DNA of 64,000 nucleotides from an uncultured Pelagibacteraceae bacterium (GTDB lineage: Bacteria; Pseudomonadota; Alphaproteobacteria; Pelagibacterales; Pelagibacteraceae), in contig CACHRU010000004.1 in NCBI GenBank assembly GCA_902582345.1, forward strand, positions 527 to 64,526. Reading direction: 5' to 3'. This document shows positions 8,042 to 18,900 of this stretch, in pieces (the stretch's first letter is position 1; every line of letters starts with the position of its first letter). The notes under the pieces are model-generated. The model did not search any database. It saw only the letters and a program-made list of their open reading frames with translations, and had not been told where the DNA came from. A program made the position numbers and the translations under genes.

Positions 8042-8547
8042 AAGATATAATCAATAAAATTAAATCATTTGGTCTTTTAGAATTTTTAGTTACTGCTTCT
8101 TTAATTTACGTTATATCGATGTTAATTTGGACTGCATCGACTAGATCTGCGATTGAAGATAAAGCTAATCAAATTAAATCTAATCATAAAAAAGTAGTCG
8201 AATACATGAATGAGCAAGTAAATATATGCACACAAAATAGTAATTCTGTGACACCATGGGGGGAAAATTGTAAAAATATCTGGACCTCATCTTTAATTGT
8301 TGAATATATATTAAAAAATTTAAAACTTTCTAATCCATATTCTTTAAATAAACCTTTAATTCAAATATCATCAGATCCCAGAATACAGGCAGAGGGTAAA
8401 GCGGGTCAATCAACCGATAAAGGAATTATTTTTGTATCTTCAAATAATTTTAATGCTGAGCCAGGATCAGAATGGATTATTGGAACTTGCACAAAATCTC
8501 CATGTGTAGCTGCAGGTAATAATGAACTTGTTTCAATTTACCGTTAA
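8038..8547 (+). CDS. prepilin-like (type IV pilin/pseudopilin-like) protein
   Basis: KIKS|FGLLEFLV fits [GAS]|F-x3-E followed by a hydrophobic helix; Cys pairs. Confidence 0.5.
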   Translation: MKDIINKIKSFGLLEFLVTASLIYVISMLIWTASTRSAIEDKANQIKSNHKKVVEYMNEQVNICTQNSNSVTPWGENCKNIWTSSLIVEYILKNLKLSNPYSLNKPLIQISSDPRIQAEGKAGQSTDKGIIFVSSNNFNAEPGSEWIIGTCTKSPCVAAGNNELVSIYR

Positions 8548-9443
8548 TCTAAAATCTCAAAACCAACTTTTGTTGTGACATTTTTTAAATACTTATAACC
8601 TTTTTTTGCGTATTCTAATGGGTTCGCTTTTGCTGGATCTTGTTCTGCTTCCACAACTATCCATCCTGAGTAATTTTTATCCTTTAAAATTTTAAGGAAT
8701 GGATGATAGTCAATACATCCATCTCCAGGTACTGTAAAAGTTCCATTTAAAAAAGCCTGCCTAAAAGAAAAATCTTTTTTTAAACATTTATCTAAAACTT
8801 CTTTCCTAATATCTTTGCAATGAACATGCTTTACTCTTTGGTAGAATTTATCAAGTAATTGCAAAGAACTACCCTGAGCGAACATCATGTGACCTGTATC
8901 TATAAGAAGTTTGACACTATCGTTTGTACTTTCTATTAATCTTTCAGTATCTTGTTGTGTTTCAATAACTGTTCCCATGTGATGGTGATAAGCTAAGGGC
9001 ATACCTTCATCCTCCATCATCTTACTTATTTCATTTATTCTACTAATTAATTTACTCCAATCATCATCATTCAATTTTGGTCTTTTAGATAAAGATATAT
9101 TTGGAATATTTTGAATTGAGCCAGTCACTTCGGCAAAAACCATACAGGGTGCACCACAGTCTTTAAATAAATCTAATTGTTTTTTCATTAAATTCATTTC
9201 TTCTTTAGGCGTGTTATGTAAAAGTTTTGCTCCATACCATCCAGAACATAACTTTAAATTTTCTTTTTTAAGTTTAGGTAATAATTCTTCCGACTCAAGT
9301 GGAAATTTACCTCCAAACTCTACACCTGAAAATCCTGCAAGCTTTGCTTCATAAAGGCATTGTTCTAACGTAGTTTCACCACCAAGTTCTGGCATATCAT
9401 CATTACTCCAAGCAATGGGTGCAACACCTAATCTGATACTCAT
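8544..9443 (-). CDS. iolE: myo-inosose-2 dehydratase
   Basis: PIAWSNDDMPELGG, YHHHMGT, DTGH, HVHCKD, FTVPGDG, VEAEQDP. Confidence 0.95.
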   Translation of the reverse strand: MSIRLGVAPIAWSNDDMPELGGETTLEQCLYEAKLAGFSGVEFGGKFPLESEELLPKLKKENLKLCSGWYGAKLLHNTPKEEMNLMKKQLDLFKDCGAPCMVFAEVTGSIQNIPNISLSKRPKLNDDDWSKLISRINEISKMMEDEGMPLAYHHHMGTVIETQQDTERLIESTNDSVKLLIDTGHMMFAQGSSLQLLDKFYQRVKHVHCKDIRKEVLDKCLKKDFSFRQAFLNGTFTVPGDGCIDYHPFLKILKDKNYSGWIVVEAEQDPAKANPLEYAKKGYKYLKNVTTKVGFEILD

Positions 9444-9487
9444 AAATTTTAATTTAAATAATATTTAAAACATATACAATAATAAAT

Positions 9488-10483
9488 ATGTTAAATGTAG
9501 CCTTACTTGGATTTGGAAGAATTGGACAGATGCATGCTGAAAATATTAAAAATCATAATAAACTTAATTTACTCTATATATGTGAGAAAGATAGTAAATT
9601 AGCGAAGAAAGCAAAACTAAAATTTAATTGTAAGGTTGTAAAAAATTATAAAACTTTATTCGAGGATAATATGGTTGATATAATTTTCATATCTTCATCT
9701 ACACCTACACATATTAATTTTATTAAACTAGGAGTTAGAAATAATAAAACCGTTTTTTGTGAAAAACCATTAGATTTAAATTTAGATAAAATTAAAAATG
9801 CGTATAAAATTATAAATAAAAAAAAACATAAAATTCAAATGGGGTTTAATCGTAGATTTGACCCCGGACATCATTCCATAAAATTATCTTTAAAAAATAA
9901 TAAGATAGGTAGTTTGGAAAAAATAATTATTACTAGTAGAGATCCTTCACCCCCACCTTTAGCTTATCTAAAAATTTCTGGAGGTATTTTTAAAGATATG
10001 ATGATACATGATTTTGATTTGTGTAGATATTATTTGGATAAAGATCAGATCAATGAGATTTCATCTTTTGCGACGAGATTCAAAAATATGTATAAAAAAA
10101 TTAATGATTATGAATTGGCAACGGTTACAATGAAGAGTAAAAAAGGGGTTTTATGTATAATTAATAATTCACGACATTGTTCTTTCGGTTACGATCAGAG
10201 GGTTGAATTATTTGGATCAAAAGGTATGTTGATATCAAATAATAAAAAAATAACAGAGGCTGAGTTTTATAATTCAAAAAATACTAATTCCAAAAATTTG
10301 TTTCTTAATTTTTTTATTGAGAGATATAATGAAGCTTATAAAATTCAACTTGATGAATTGGTTAAACTTGCAGAAAAAAATATTATTTCTAGATCCAGTT
10401 TTTCTGACGGTTATGAAGCTTTAAAATTAGCTGAAGCTGCGTACAAATCGCTTAAACAAAAAAAAACCGTCTTTATTAAATAA
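9488..10483 (+). CDS. iolG: inositol 2-dehydrogenase
   Basis: GFGRIG, FCEKP, GFNRRFDP, SRDP, SGGIFKDMMIHDFD, GYDQRVE. Confidence 0.9.
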   Translation: MLNVALLGFGRIGQMHAENIKNHNKLNLLYICEKDSKLAKKAKLKFNCKVVKNYKTLFEDNMVDIIFISSSTPTHINFIKLGVRNNKTVFCEKPLDLNLDKIKNAYKIINKKKHKIQMGFNRRFDPGHHSIKLSLKNNKIGSLEKIIITSRDPSPPPLAYLKISGGIFKDMMIHDFDLCRYYLDKDQINEISSFATRFKNMYKKINDYELATVTMKSKKGVLCIINNSRHCSFGYDQRVELFGSKGMLISNNKKITEAEFYNSKNTNSKNLFLNFFIERYNEAYKIQLDELVKLAEKNIISRSSFSDGYEALKLAEAAYKSLKQKKTVFIK

Positions 10484-10590
10484 TTAATATATACTATAAG
10501 TTGTATTGTTCATTTTGCCTTAATTATTTTTTGAAATTCTAAATTTTTTTTGTTTTAATATAAAAATAAATTAACAACAAGGAAACAAAT

Positions 10591-11511
10591 ATGAAAAAAC
10601 TATACTTTACTATTGTAGCTTTTGTTACATGGTCAATGATGTCTTTATCTGCGTTTGCAGTTGACATAATTGTAGTGTCACACGGGCAAGCTAACGACCC
10701 TTTTTGGTCTGTAGCTAAAAACGGAGTTGATAAAGCTTGTAAAGATATGAAAGTGTCTTGCAAGTATACTGCTCCTGGAACTTTTGATATGGTTGAAATG
10801 GCAAAATTAATTGATAATGCTGTTTCGCAAAAACCAAAAGGAATAGTTATAACTCTTCCTGATGCAGCAGCATTAGGCAAATCTGTTAAAGCTGCAATTT
10901 CAGCTGGAATACCTGTAATTTCAATGAACTCAGGTTCTGATGATTACATGAAACTTGGAATAAGTGCGCACGTCGGGCAAACAGAGTTCGAAGCTGGAGT
11001 AGGTGGTGGACAAAAAATGAAAGCCGCTGGAGGAAAAAAAGCTTTGTGCGTTAACCATGAAGTGGGAAATGTAGCTCTTGATAGAAGATGTGCTGGATTT
11101 AAAAAGGGTTTTGGTGGTTCTGTAGAAATTTTAGGAACATCAAATGACCCAACTGAAATTCAGAAAGCTGTCGCTGCAAAATTAGGTGGTGTTGATACTA
11201 TTTTAACACTTGGAGCCGGTTTATCTGGAGAAGCAGCATTAAAAGCTCTTGAGTCAGCAGGTAAAGTTGGTTCAGTCAAATTAGGAACATTTGATATGTC
11301 TCCAAATATGCTAAAGGCTGCAGCCGCTGGAAAAGTTGAGTTTTTAATTGATCAACAACAATATCTACAAGGCTATTTACCAATAGCTATCTTTGCTCAA
11401 TATATGAGATATGGAACTATGCCAGCAGGTGTAGTGATGACTGGTCCAGGTTTTGTTACACCTCAAAATGCTAAAAGTGTAATAAAATGGGCAGCTCAAG
11501 GTTATAGATAA
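10591..11511 (+). CDS. sugar (inositol) ABC transporter substrate-binding protein
   Basis: Signal peptide; HGQANDPFWSV, DQQQYLQGYLP; iol context. Confidence 0.9.
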   Translation: MKKLYFTIVAFVTWSMMSLSAFAVDIIVVSHGQANDPFWSVAKNGVDKACKDMKVSCKYTAPGTFDMVEMAKLIDNAVSQKPKGIVITLPDAAALGKSVKAAISAGIPVISMNSGSDDYMKLGISAHVGQTEFEAGVGGGQKMKAAGGKKALCVNHEVGNVALDRRCAGFKKGFGGSVEILGTSNDPTEIQKAVAAKLGGVDTILTLGAGLSGEAALKALESAGKVGSVKLGTFDMSPNMLKAAAAGKVEFLIDQQQYLQGYLPIAIFAQYMRYGTMPAGVVMTGPGFVTPQNAKSVIKWAAQGYR

Positions 11512-11523
11512 AATCTAAATATT

Positions 11524-11557
11524 AAAAGGCCTGACATTTAAAGTTAGGCCTTTTTTT
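11524..11557 (+). terminator. intrinsic terminator-like stem-loop between binding protein and permease
   Basis: AAAAGGCCTGAC-atttaaa-GTTAGGCCTTTTTTT. Confidence 0.75.
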
Positions 11558-11575
11558 AAACAGTAAAATTTATTT

Positions 11576-12703
11576 ATGTCAATCAAATCTAAAAGTATTG
11601 AAACGAAAAAAAAGATATCTAAAGATGAAAGATTAAAAAGAATTTCAAGATTCAGAATTTTATTAAATAGACCTGAGCTTGGAGCTTTAGGTGGATCAAT
11701 TTTAGTTTTTATATTTTTTGGTTTAGTTGCTGGAGACACTGGAATGTTTAGTGCCTACGGTATGATGAATTTTTTAGAGGTTTCTGCAAATCTAGGAATA
11801 ATTGCTATTGCAGCAGCTATGCTTATGATCGGAGGAGAATTTGATTTATCGATAGGATCAATGATTGGCTTTGCTGGTATTTGTATTGCGATACCCGCTA
11901 TTTATTGGGGTTGGCCTTTGTGGATGAGTATTATTTTTGCTTTCTCCATGGCAGTGCTGGTTGGTTACTTTAATGGAATTTTAGTTGTTCGAACCGGTTT
12001 ACCATCCTTTATCGTTACTCTCGCAATGTTATTCATTTTAAGAGGTGCCACACTTGCCATAACGAGGCTAATAACAGGTAGAACACAAGTTCCAGGTTTA
12101 AGAGTGTTAATTGAAAATGATCCAATCGCATGGATTTTTGCTGCTGATACATTTAAATGGTTATTTACTTGGTTAGGTTCAATGGGATTAATAGCCTTAA
12201 GACAAGATGGAACCCCATTAGCAACTGGTGTGCCCGCTTCGGTTTTATGGTGGATAGGGTTAACAATTTTAGCGACATGGATATTAATGAAAACTAGGTA
12301 TGGAAATTGGATTTTTGCTTCAGGCGGAGATAAGCATGGCGCAAGAAATGTTGGGGTTCCAGTAGATAGAGTTAAGATAGGTCTATTCATAGGGACAGCT
12401 GTAGCTTCGACTATTTTTGCATGTGTACAGGTTCTTGATGCGGGTTCAGCAGATACAATGCGAGGCACGCTTAAAGAATTAGAGGCAATTGCTGCCGCTG
12501 TAGTAGGTGGCTGCTTATTAACAGGAGGATACGGTTCAGCGATTGGAGCCGCTTTCGGCGCTTTGATATTTGGAACAGTTTCAATGGGGATATTTTATAC
12601 AGATGTTGATACAGATTGGTTTAAAGTATTTTTAGGTGGAATGATGTTAATAGCAGTAATTTTCAATAACTACATAAGAAGAAAGGTAACAGAAAACAAA
12701 TAA
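11576..12703 (+). CDS. sugar ABC transporter permease (RbsC/BPD_transp_2 family)
   Basis: [30 protein letters not shown]; many TM segments. Confidence 0.92.
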   Translation: MSIKSKSIETKKKISKDERLKRISRFRILLNRPELGALGGSILVFIFFGLVAGDTGMFSAYGMMNFLEVSANLGIIAIAAAMLMIGGEFDLSIGSMIGFAGICIAIPAIYWGWPLWMSIIFAFSMAVLVGYFNGILVVRTGLPSFIVTLAMLFILRGATLAITRLITGRTQVPGLRVLIENDPIAWIFAADTFKWLFTWLGSMGLIALRQDGTPLATGVPASVLWWIGLTILATWILMKTRYGNWIFASGGDKHGARNVGVPVDRVKIGLFIGTAVASTIFACVQVLDAGSADTMRGTLKELEAIAAAVVGGCLLTGGYGSAIGAAFGALIFGTVSMGIFYTDVDTDWFKVFLGGMMLIAVIFNNYIRRKVTENK

Positions 12704-13497
12704 TGTCTAACTATTTAGTTGAATTTAATAATATTTCAAAATTTTTTGGAAAGGTTATAGCTCTTAAAGACGTCACTATGAAACTTAAAAAAGGTGAAAT
12801 AATGTGCCTTTTAGGAGATAATGGTGCAGGAAAATCCACGTTAATAAAAACTTTATCTGGTGTTCACAAACCTGATGAAGGTGAAATTATAGTTGAGGGA
12901 AAAAAAACAATTTTTGCATCTCCAAAAGATGCATTAGACATGGGTATAGCAACTGTTTATCAAGATCTTGCTTTAGTTTCTTTAATGAGCGTTACCAGAA
13001 ATTTTTTTATGGGAAGAGAACCGCAAAAAGGACTCCCAGGTCTTAAAACTTTTGATATCGATAAAGCTAATGAAATCGCATCGGAAAGAATGGGTCAAAT
13101 TGGTATTGATGTAAGAGACCCTTCGCAGGCGGTAGGGACTATGTCTGGAGGTGAAAGACAGTGCTTAGCAATTAGTAGAGCAATATATTTTGGTGCAAAA
13201 GTTTTGATTTTAGATGAGCCAACTTCAGCATTAGGTGTTCATCAAGCGTCAGTAGTTTTAAAATATATTGTTAAAGCTGCTTCTCAGGGATTAGGTGTTA
13301 TACTTATTACTCACAATGTACATCACGCATATCCCGTTGGGAACAGGTTTACTGTTTTAAATAGAGGAAAAAGTTTAGGAACTTATTCCAAAAAAGATAT
13401 ATCACGTGAAAAACTTTTAAGTATGATGGCAGGAGGAGAAGAACTAAGCAAACTTGAAGTTGAGTTAAAAGAAATGGATAGAATTTCCAAAATTTGA
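12703..13497 (+). CDS. sugar ABC transporter ATP-binding protein
   Basis: [22 protein letters not shown]. Confidence 0.93.
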   Translation: MSNYLVEFNNISKFFGKVIALKDVTMKLKKGEIMCLLGDNGAGKSTLIKTLSGVHKPDEGEIIVEGKKTIFASPKDALDMGIATVYQDLALVSLMSVTRNFFMGREPQKGLPGLKTFDIDKANEIASERMGQIGIDVRDPSQAVGTMSGGERQCLAISRAIYFGAKVLILDEPTSALGVHQASVVLKYIVKAASQGLGVILITHNVHHAYPVGNRFTVLNRGKSLGTYSKKDISREKLLSMMAGGEELSKLEVELKEMDRISKI

Positions 13498-14402
13498 TGA
13501 AAATAGGAATAGATTTAGGAGCAACCAAAATCGAATACGTCCTTCTTGATAAAAACAATAATGAAATTAAAAGAGATAGAGTTTCAACTCCTAAAAATTA
13601 CCATCAAACAGTTAACCTTATAAAAGATTTAGTAAATAAAATTCAAAAAAATAAAAATCTAAAATACGATTTAGGTATTTGCCATCCTGGGGCTGTTGAT
13701 ACTACAACAGGGTTTATTAAAAACGCCCATAACTCTACCTGGTTAAATGGAAAAAATTTAATTATGGATCTTAAAAAAGAATTAAATAATAATATTTTAT
13801 CTGATAATGACGCTAATTGTTTTTGTTTATCGGAGTCTTTTGATGGCTCAGCAAAAAATTATGAAATAGTTTTCGGAATCATACTTGGATCAGGTTGTGG
13901 TGGAGGTCTCGTAATAAATAAAAGAATAATTCAAGGTATAAATGGTTTAACAGGAGAGTGGAGTTTAAATCAAGCGCCTATATCTGAAGCTTCAAATTTA
14001 AAAGCTGGAAAAATTAATGACTTTTCAAATCGTATAGAGGGATATTTGTCTGGTAAATCTATAGAAAAAAGATTTGAAAAAAAATTTAACAAAAAACTAA
14101 AGGCGAGTGAAATTTTTTCTAATTATAGAAAAAGTGAAAAAGAGTCCCTATTTTTTATTAATGAATATAAAGATATCTTATCAAGATGCTTAGTAACGAT
14201 AATAACAACAATAGATCCTGATGCGATAGTCTTTGGCGGTGGTTTATCAAATGAAATTGATTTTTTAGACGAAGTTAAAAATAAAACAGCTCTACTAATT
14301 GACGAACCAAATTTAAAAACTGTTTTTTTAAAACCAAAATTTGGTGATGCAAGTGGTGTTCGTGGCGCAGCTATTTTGAGTAGACAAAATTTTACTTTAT
14401 AA
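13494..14402 (+). CDS. ROK family kinase (fructokinase Mak-like, atypical)
   Basis: [40 protein letters not shown]; lacks Cys-rich Zn motif. Confidence 0.85.
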   Translation: MMKIGIDLGATKIEYVLLDKNNNEIKRDRVSTPKNYHQTVNLIKDLVNKIQKNKNLKYDLGICHPGAVDTTTGFIKNAHNSTWLNGKNLIMDLKKELNNNILSDNDANCFCLSESFDGSAKNYEIVFGIILGSGCGGGLVINKRIIQGINGLTGEWSLNQAPISEASNLKAGKINDFSNRIEGYLSGKSIEKRFEKKFNKKLKASEIFSNYRKSEKESLFFINEYKDILSRCLVTIITTIDPDAIVFGGGLSNEIDFLDEVKNKTALLIDEPNLKTVFLKPKFGDASGVRGAAILSRQNFTL

Positions 14403-15549
14403 TTGAATTAATTTCTTTTTTAGAAAAGAATTTAGGCTTTTTGCAATTAGTTTTAATTTCTATTCTTTTATTATTTTTTGCTGATTTGTGAATTGCGTCA
14501 ATAATATTTAAAACATGAAGAGACAACTCACCATTACATCTATGAATTTTTCTTTTTTTTATGGAGTCTATCATTTCTGCTAAACCAGCTCCTCTATAAT
14601 TAGCATTTGTTGGAGACTCATTTGCTCTTGAACTTTGCGTTCTGATATTAATTTTTCCTAAAAGTGCTTTGTTTGTTTTGTAATTTTTCCAGTCACTTCC
14701 CATTTTTTTACTCAGTAAAACAGAACCTCCAAACATATTTGGATCAGGGACTACCATTGACCCTTCTTCACCATAAAGCTCAATATGATTTCTTAAATGA
14801 GAAATTACATCAAAAGATAATGTTAACCTTATTATTGTGCCATTCTTAAATTTTATTGTTGAAAAATAAGTTGTAGGACACTTAACTTTAATTCTTTTTC
14901 CTTTTTTCGGTCCTATACCTATTTTTCTGATAGCAGTATTCTTTAAACATTGACTTAACACATTTTTAGCTGGGCCTAAGAGATTGACTAATGCTGTTAA
15001 ATAATAGGGACCCATATCGATGACTGGTCCGCCTTCTTTTTTTTCAAACCAAGGTTCAGGATTAGGATGATATGATTGAATACCTGGATACGCAAATATA
15101 GCATTCCCAAATTTAATATTTCCTATGACTTTTTTTTCTAAAAGTTCTTTTGCTTTTTGATTACCCCCTCCCAAAAATGTATCCGGAGCATTCCCTATAC
15201 TAAGTTTTTTCTTTTTAGCTAATTTGATAAGACTTAAGCCATCTTTAAGGTTAATCGCCAAAGGTTTTTCTGAATATACATGTTTGTCGTTTCTTAAAGC
15301 TTTAATTGCCACAGAGTAGTGTGCCTTTGGAATTGTCAAATTAAGAATAATGTCAATTTCTTGATTTCTCATTAACTCATTTACTGACATAAATTTAATT
15401 TTATAAATTTTTGCACATTTTTTTGCGGCTTGAATATCTATATCCGCACAAGCAACAATCTTAAAATTATTAAAATATCTATGTGCTCTAAAATAGGTTT
15501 CAGCAATATTTCCGCAACCAACTAAACCAACTTTAAAAATCTTTTTCAT
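14392..15549 (-). CDS. Gfo/Idh/MocA family oxidoreductase
   Basis: VGCGNI, YSEKP, APDTFLG, GGPVIDMGPYY. Confidence 0.9.
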   Translation of the reverse strand: MKKIFKVGLVGCGNIAETYFRAHRYFNNFKIVACADIDIQAAKKCAKIYKIKFMSVNELMRNQEIDIILNLTIPKAHYSVAIKALRNDKHVYSEKPLAINLKDGLSLIKLAKKKKLSIGNAPDTFLGGGNQKAKELLEKKVIGNIKFGNAIFAYPGIQSYHPNPEPWFEKKEGGPVIDMGPYYLTALVNLLGPAKNVLSQCLKNTAIRKIGIGPKKGKRIKVKCPTTYFSTIKFKNGTIIRLTLSFDVISHLRNHIELYGEEGSMVVPDPNMFGGSVLLSKKMGSDWKNYKTNKALLGKINIRTQSSRANESPTNANYRGAGLAEMIDSIKKRKIHRCNGELSLHVLNIIDAIHKSAKNNKRIEIKTNCKKPKFFSKKEINSIIK

Positions 15550-15558
15550 CTTTAAAGT

Positions 15559-17403
15559 TTATACACCTTTTCTTTGCTTTTTCTTTCCCTGAATATGTTC
15601 TTTCAGGGCTTTTTTGTTTTCCTCGGTTGTAGGAATAGATAAAGTAGGACTCTCCCAATAAGCAGAACCTTCGAGCCATTGATAACCATCGGTATGAATA
15701 CTTATTACATAAGTTTTTTTGGATTTTTTTGCTCTTTTAAACGCTTCTTCAAGTTCTGAAATAGAGTTGACGTGTTCTCCATCTGCACCCATACTTTTTG
15801 CATGATTTGAGAAATTTACTGGTATAAAATTGGATGTTTTTGAAGTTTTGAATAAACAGTTAAACTCTTTTCCACCTTTGAATAATTGTAATCTATTTAT
15901 AACTGCATGACCACCATTGTCACATACTATAATGATGAGTTTATGATTAGTTATAACTGAACTATAAATATCAGAATTAAAGAGTAAATAAGATCCATCC
16001 CCCACAAAAGCGATTACCTCTTTTTCAGGATGTGCCATTTTTATTCCTAAAGCTCCGGATATTTCATATCCCATACAGCTAAAACCCCATTCTGTCTCGT
16101 GTGTATTTAACTCTTTAGGTCGCCAAACTTGAATAACTTCTCCTACTAATCCACCTGCTGCAGTTACAGCTATATCGCTTGGCTCAGAATTTCTATAAAT
16201 TGCTCCAACAGCATGCGCGTAACTTGGTAATTTTTTATTTGTTGGACCACTTTCTTTATCTACATATTCATTCCAATTTTTTAATTCAATTCGTCCTTTG
16301 TCATTCCAATTTTTATCAGCACTCCAATCACCCAAAGCCATAGATAACTCCTTTAATGATACCTTAGCATCACCAATAACTGCTTGAGCTAAATGTTTGG
16401 TTGAATCGTATCTACTTGTATTTATTGAAATAAGTTTAAAACTAGAGTTTTCAAAATTTGCCCATGATCCTGTTGTAAAATCTCCAAGTTTCGTACCTAT
16501 TGCTATAGCTAAATCAGTTTTTTTTGCCATATTGTTAGCAGCTTTTCCTCCAAGGCCTCCTATTACTCCTAAGAAATGTGAATGGTCTTTTTTCATCGTA
16601 GAGTAACCCATAACAGTTTGTGAGACTGGTATATTGTGTTTGATAGCAAAATTAGATAGCTCACTCGTAGCATCTGAGTAAAAAACACCACCTCCAGAAA
16701 TGATTAGAGGCATTTTTGATTTCTTAATAATCTCTGCAGCCTTTTTGATTTGAAAATCATCTGGTTTTGCCCTTCTAATATGATGAACTCTTTCTTTAAA
16801 AAATTCCTCGGGATAATCAAATAGTTCACCTTGAACGTCTTGACTCAAAGATATACATGCAGGCCCACAATCTGCAGGATCCAGCATCATTTCTATAGCT
16901 TGTGGTAAAGAAGATATAATCTGCTCTGGTCTGGTAATTCTATCAAAATATTTTACTACAGATTTAAAACTATCATTTTGAGTTAAACCTGGATTATTAA
17001 AATGTTCAACTTGCTGAAGAACTGGATCTGGCATTCTATTCGCAAAAGTGTCTCCAGGTAAAAATAAAATAGGCAATCTATTGCTCATTGCTACTGCCGC
17101 AGCTGTTATCATATTTGTTGAACCTGGACCAACAGAACTTGTAGCTATAAAAATTTGTTTTCTTCTTTTGGCTCTTGAATAAGCAATACCAGTTAAAGCC
17201 ATATTTTGTTCATGATGTCCTCTCCAAGTAGGAAGTTCATTTTTATTTTCCTCAAGAGCCTGACCTAGACAAGCAACATTTCCATGTCCAAATATACCAA
17301 ACACCCCTGGAAAAAGTGGTTCTTTTTTTCCATTAATTAAAATCTTCTGCTTTATAAGAAATTTAACCAAAGCGTGTGAACAAGTAAGTTGAATATTTTT
17401 CAT
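15559..17403 (-). CDS. iolD: 3D-(3,5/4)-trihydroxycyclohexane-1,2-dione acylhydrolase
   Basis: IFGHGNV, PDPVLQQVE, GFSCMGYEI, TPP motif GDGSY...N. Confidence 0.94.
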   Translation of the reverse strand: MKNIQLTCSHALVKFLIKQKILINGKKEPLFPGVFGIFGHGNVACLGQALEENKNELPTWRGHHEQNMALTGIAYSRAKRRKQIFIATSSVGPGSTNMITAAAVAMSNRLPILFLPGDTFANRMPDPVLQQVEHFNNPGLTQNDSFKSVVKYFDRITRPEQIISSLPQAIEMMLDPADCGPACISLSQDVQGELFDYPEEFFKERVHHIRRAKPDDFQIKKAAEIIKKSKMPLIISGGGVFYSDATSELSNFAIKHNIPVSQTVMGYSTMKKDHSHFLGVIGGLGGKAANNMAKKTDLAIAIGTKLGDFTTGSWANFENSSFKLISINTSRYDSTKHLAQAVIGDAKVSLKELSMALGDWSADKNWNDKGRIELKNWNEYVDKESGPTNKKLPSYAHAVGAIYRNSEPSDIAVTAAGGLVGEVIQVWRPKELNTHETEWGFSCMGYEISGALGIKMAHPEKEVIAFVGDGSYLLFNSDIYSSVITNHKLIIIVCDNGGHAVINRLQLFKGGKEFNCLFKTSKTSNFIPVNFSNHAKSMGADGEHVNSISELEEAFKRAKKSKKTYVISIHTDGYQWLEGSAYWESPTLSIPTTEENKKALKEHIQGKKKQRKGV

Positions 17404-17454
17404 AAATTCTTTATAACCTATTTAAATATACTCTTATTTTCAACGAATAAATTT

Positions 17455-18900
17455 ATGTACGAAAAATTTGGACAATTCATAGATGGTAAATGGCAAAAGT
17501 CTTCCAGCGGAGAAAGTTATGATGTAGTTAATCCAGCAAATGAAGAAGTGATTGGTAAAGCTTCCAAAGCTGATCAGAATGATATTAAAGCAGCTCTTAA
17601 ATCAGCTGAAAAGGGTTTGGAAATTTGGAAAAATACAAGTCCATGGGAGAGAGCAAAAATTATAAGAAAAATTTCTGAGTTAATAAGAAAAAAAGTTGAT
17701 ATCCTATCAAATTGGCTTACTTTAGAAGTGGGAAAACCACTAGCTGAGGGAGCGGGAGAAGTAAATGGTGCTGCTGATATTTTTGAATGGAATTCTGAGG
17801 AAACAAAAAGAATTTATGGAGAAACATTACAGAGTAGATTTCCAAATACTAGAATTCACGTATATTATCAACCTGTTGGCGTAGTAGCTGCTCTTGTGCC
17901 GTGGAATTTCCCAGTAATCCTTGCATCTAGAAAAATTTCAACAGCTTTAGCTGCTGGTTGCTCAGTTATAGTCAAGCCTGATGTAATAACACCTGGTTCA
18001 GTTATGGAACTTGTTAATATATGTAAAGAGGCTGGCGTTCCCGCTGGTGTTATTAATCTTTTATCTGGAGATCCAGCGTTTATATCAGATCAACTCTTAT
18101 CTTCTGATATAATTAAAAAAGTTTCAATTACTGGATCAACAAGAGTTGGTAAATTAATTTTAAAAAAAGCGGCAGATAAAGTTCAAAGGGTAACAATGGA
18201 ATTAAGTGGTCATTCACCTTTCATAGTTTTCGACGATGTTGATTTAAATAAAGTTACTGATATGGCTATTACAGCTAAATTTCGAAATAATGGTCAAGTT
18301 TGTATTTCACCTGGTAGATTTTATATTCATGAAAATAAAAAAGATGATTTTACAAAACTGATGCTAGAAAAAACAAAAAAACTTAAAATTGGCAACGGAC
18401 TTGATAAAGATACTGTTTTAGGTCCTTTAACTACAAAAAAAAGGCTTGAAGAAGTCGAGTCATTGGTTGACATAACAAAAAAAGAGGGTGCAAAAGTTTT
18501 ATGTGGAGGAAAAAGACCCGCAGGATTTAATAAAGGTTTTTTTTATGAGCCAACAATTTTCGACAATGTAAAAGACAACTATACTATTGTTAATCAAGAA
18601 CCTTTTGGGCCTTTGGTTCCAATATTAACTTTTAAAAAATTCGATGAAGTAATCGAAAGAGCTAATAATAATGAATTAGGTCTTGCAAGTTATATTTATA
18701 CAAATGATATGAAAAAAGCGAATAAAGCTTCAGAATTGATGGAAAGCGGCACAGTTGCAGTTAATACACCTGTTGTTGCTGTTGCCGAAGCACCATTCGG
18801 TGGAATTAAACAAACTGGTTATGGTAGAGAAGGGGGTTCAATGGCCATAAAAGATTATTTAAATATTAAATATACTCATCTTGGTGTCCATTACGATTAA
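17455..18900 (+). CDS. NAD-dependent aldehyde dehydrogenase, succinate-semialdehyde dehydrogenase-like
   Basis: ATG at 17455; PWNFP, TGSTRVG, MELSG, KFRNNGQVC, EPFGP, PFGGIKQTGYGREG. Confidence 0.9.
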   Translation: MYEKFGQFIDGKWQKSSSGESYDVVNPANEEVIGKASKADQNDIKAALKSAEKGLEIWKNTSPWERAKIIRKISELIRKKVDILSNWLTLEVGKPLAEGAGEVNGAADIFEWNSEETKRIYGETLQSRFPNTRIHVYYQPVGVVAALVPWNFPVILASRKISTALAAGCSVIVKPDVITPGSVMELVNICKEAGVPAGVINLLSGDPAFISDQLLSSDIIKKVSITGSTRVGKLILKKAADKVQRVTMELSGHSPFIVFDDVDLNKVTDMAITAKFRNNGQVCISPGRFYIHENKKDDFTKLMLEKTKKLKIGNGLDKDTVLGPLTTKKRLEEVESLVDITKKEGAKVLCGGKRPAGFNKGFFYEPTIFDNVKDNYTIVNQEPFGPLVPILTFKKFDEVIERANNNELGLASYIYTNDMKKANKASELMESGTVAVNTPVVAVAEAPFGGIKQTGYGREGGSMAIKDYLNIKYTHLGVHYD

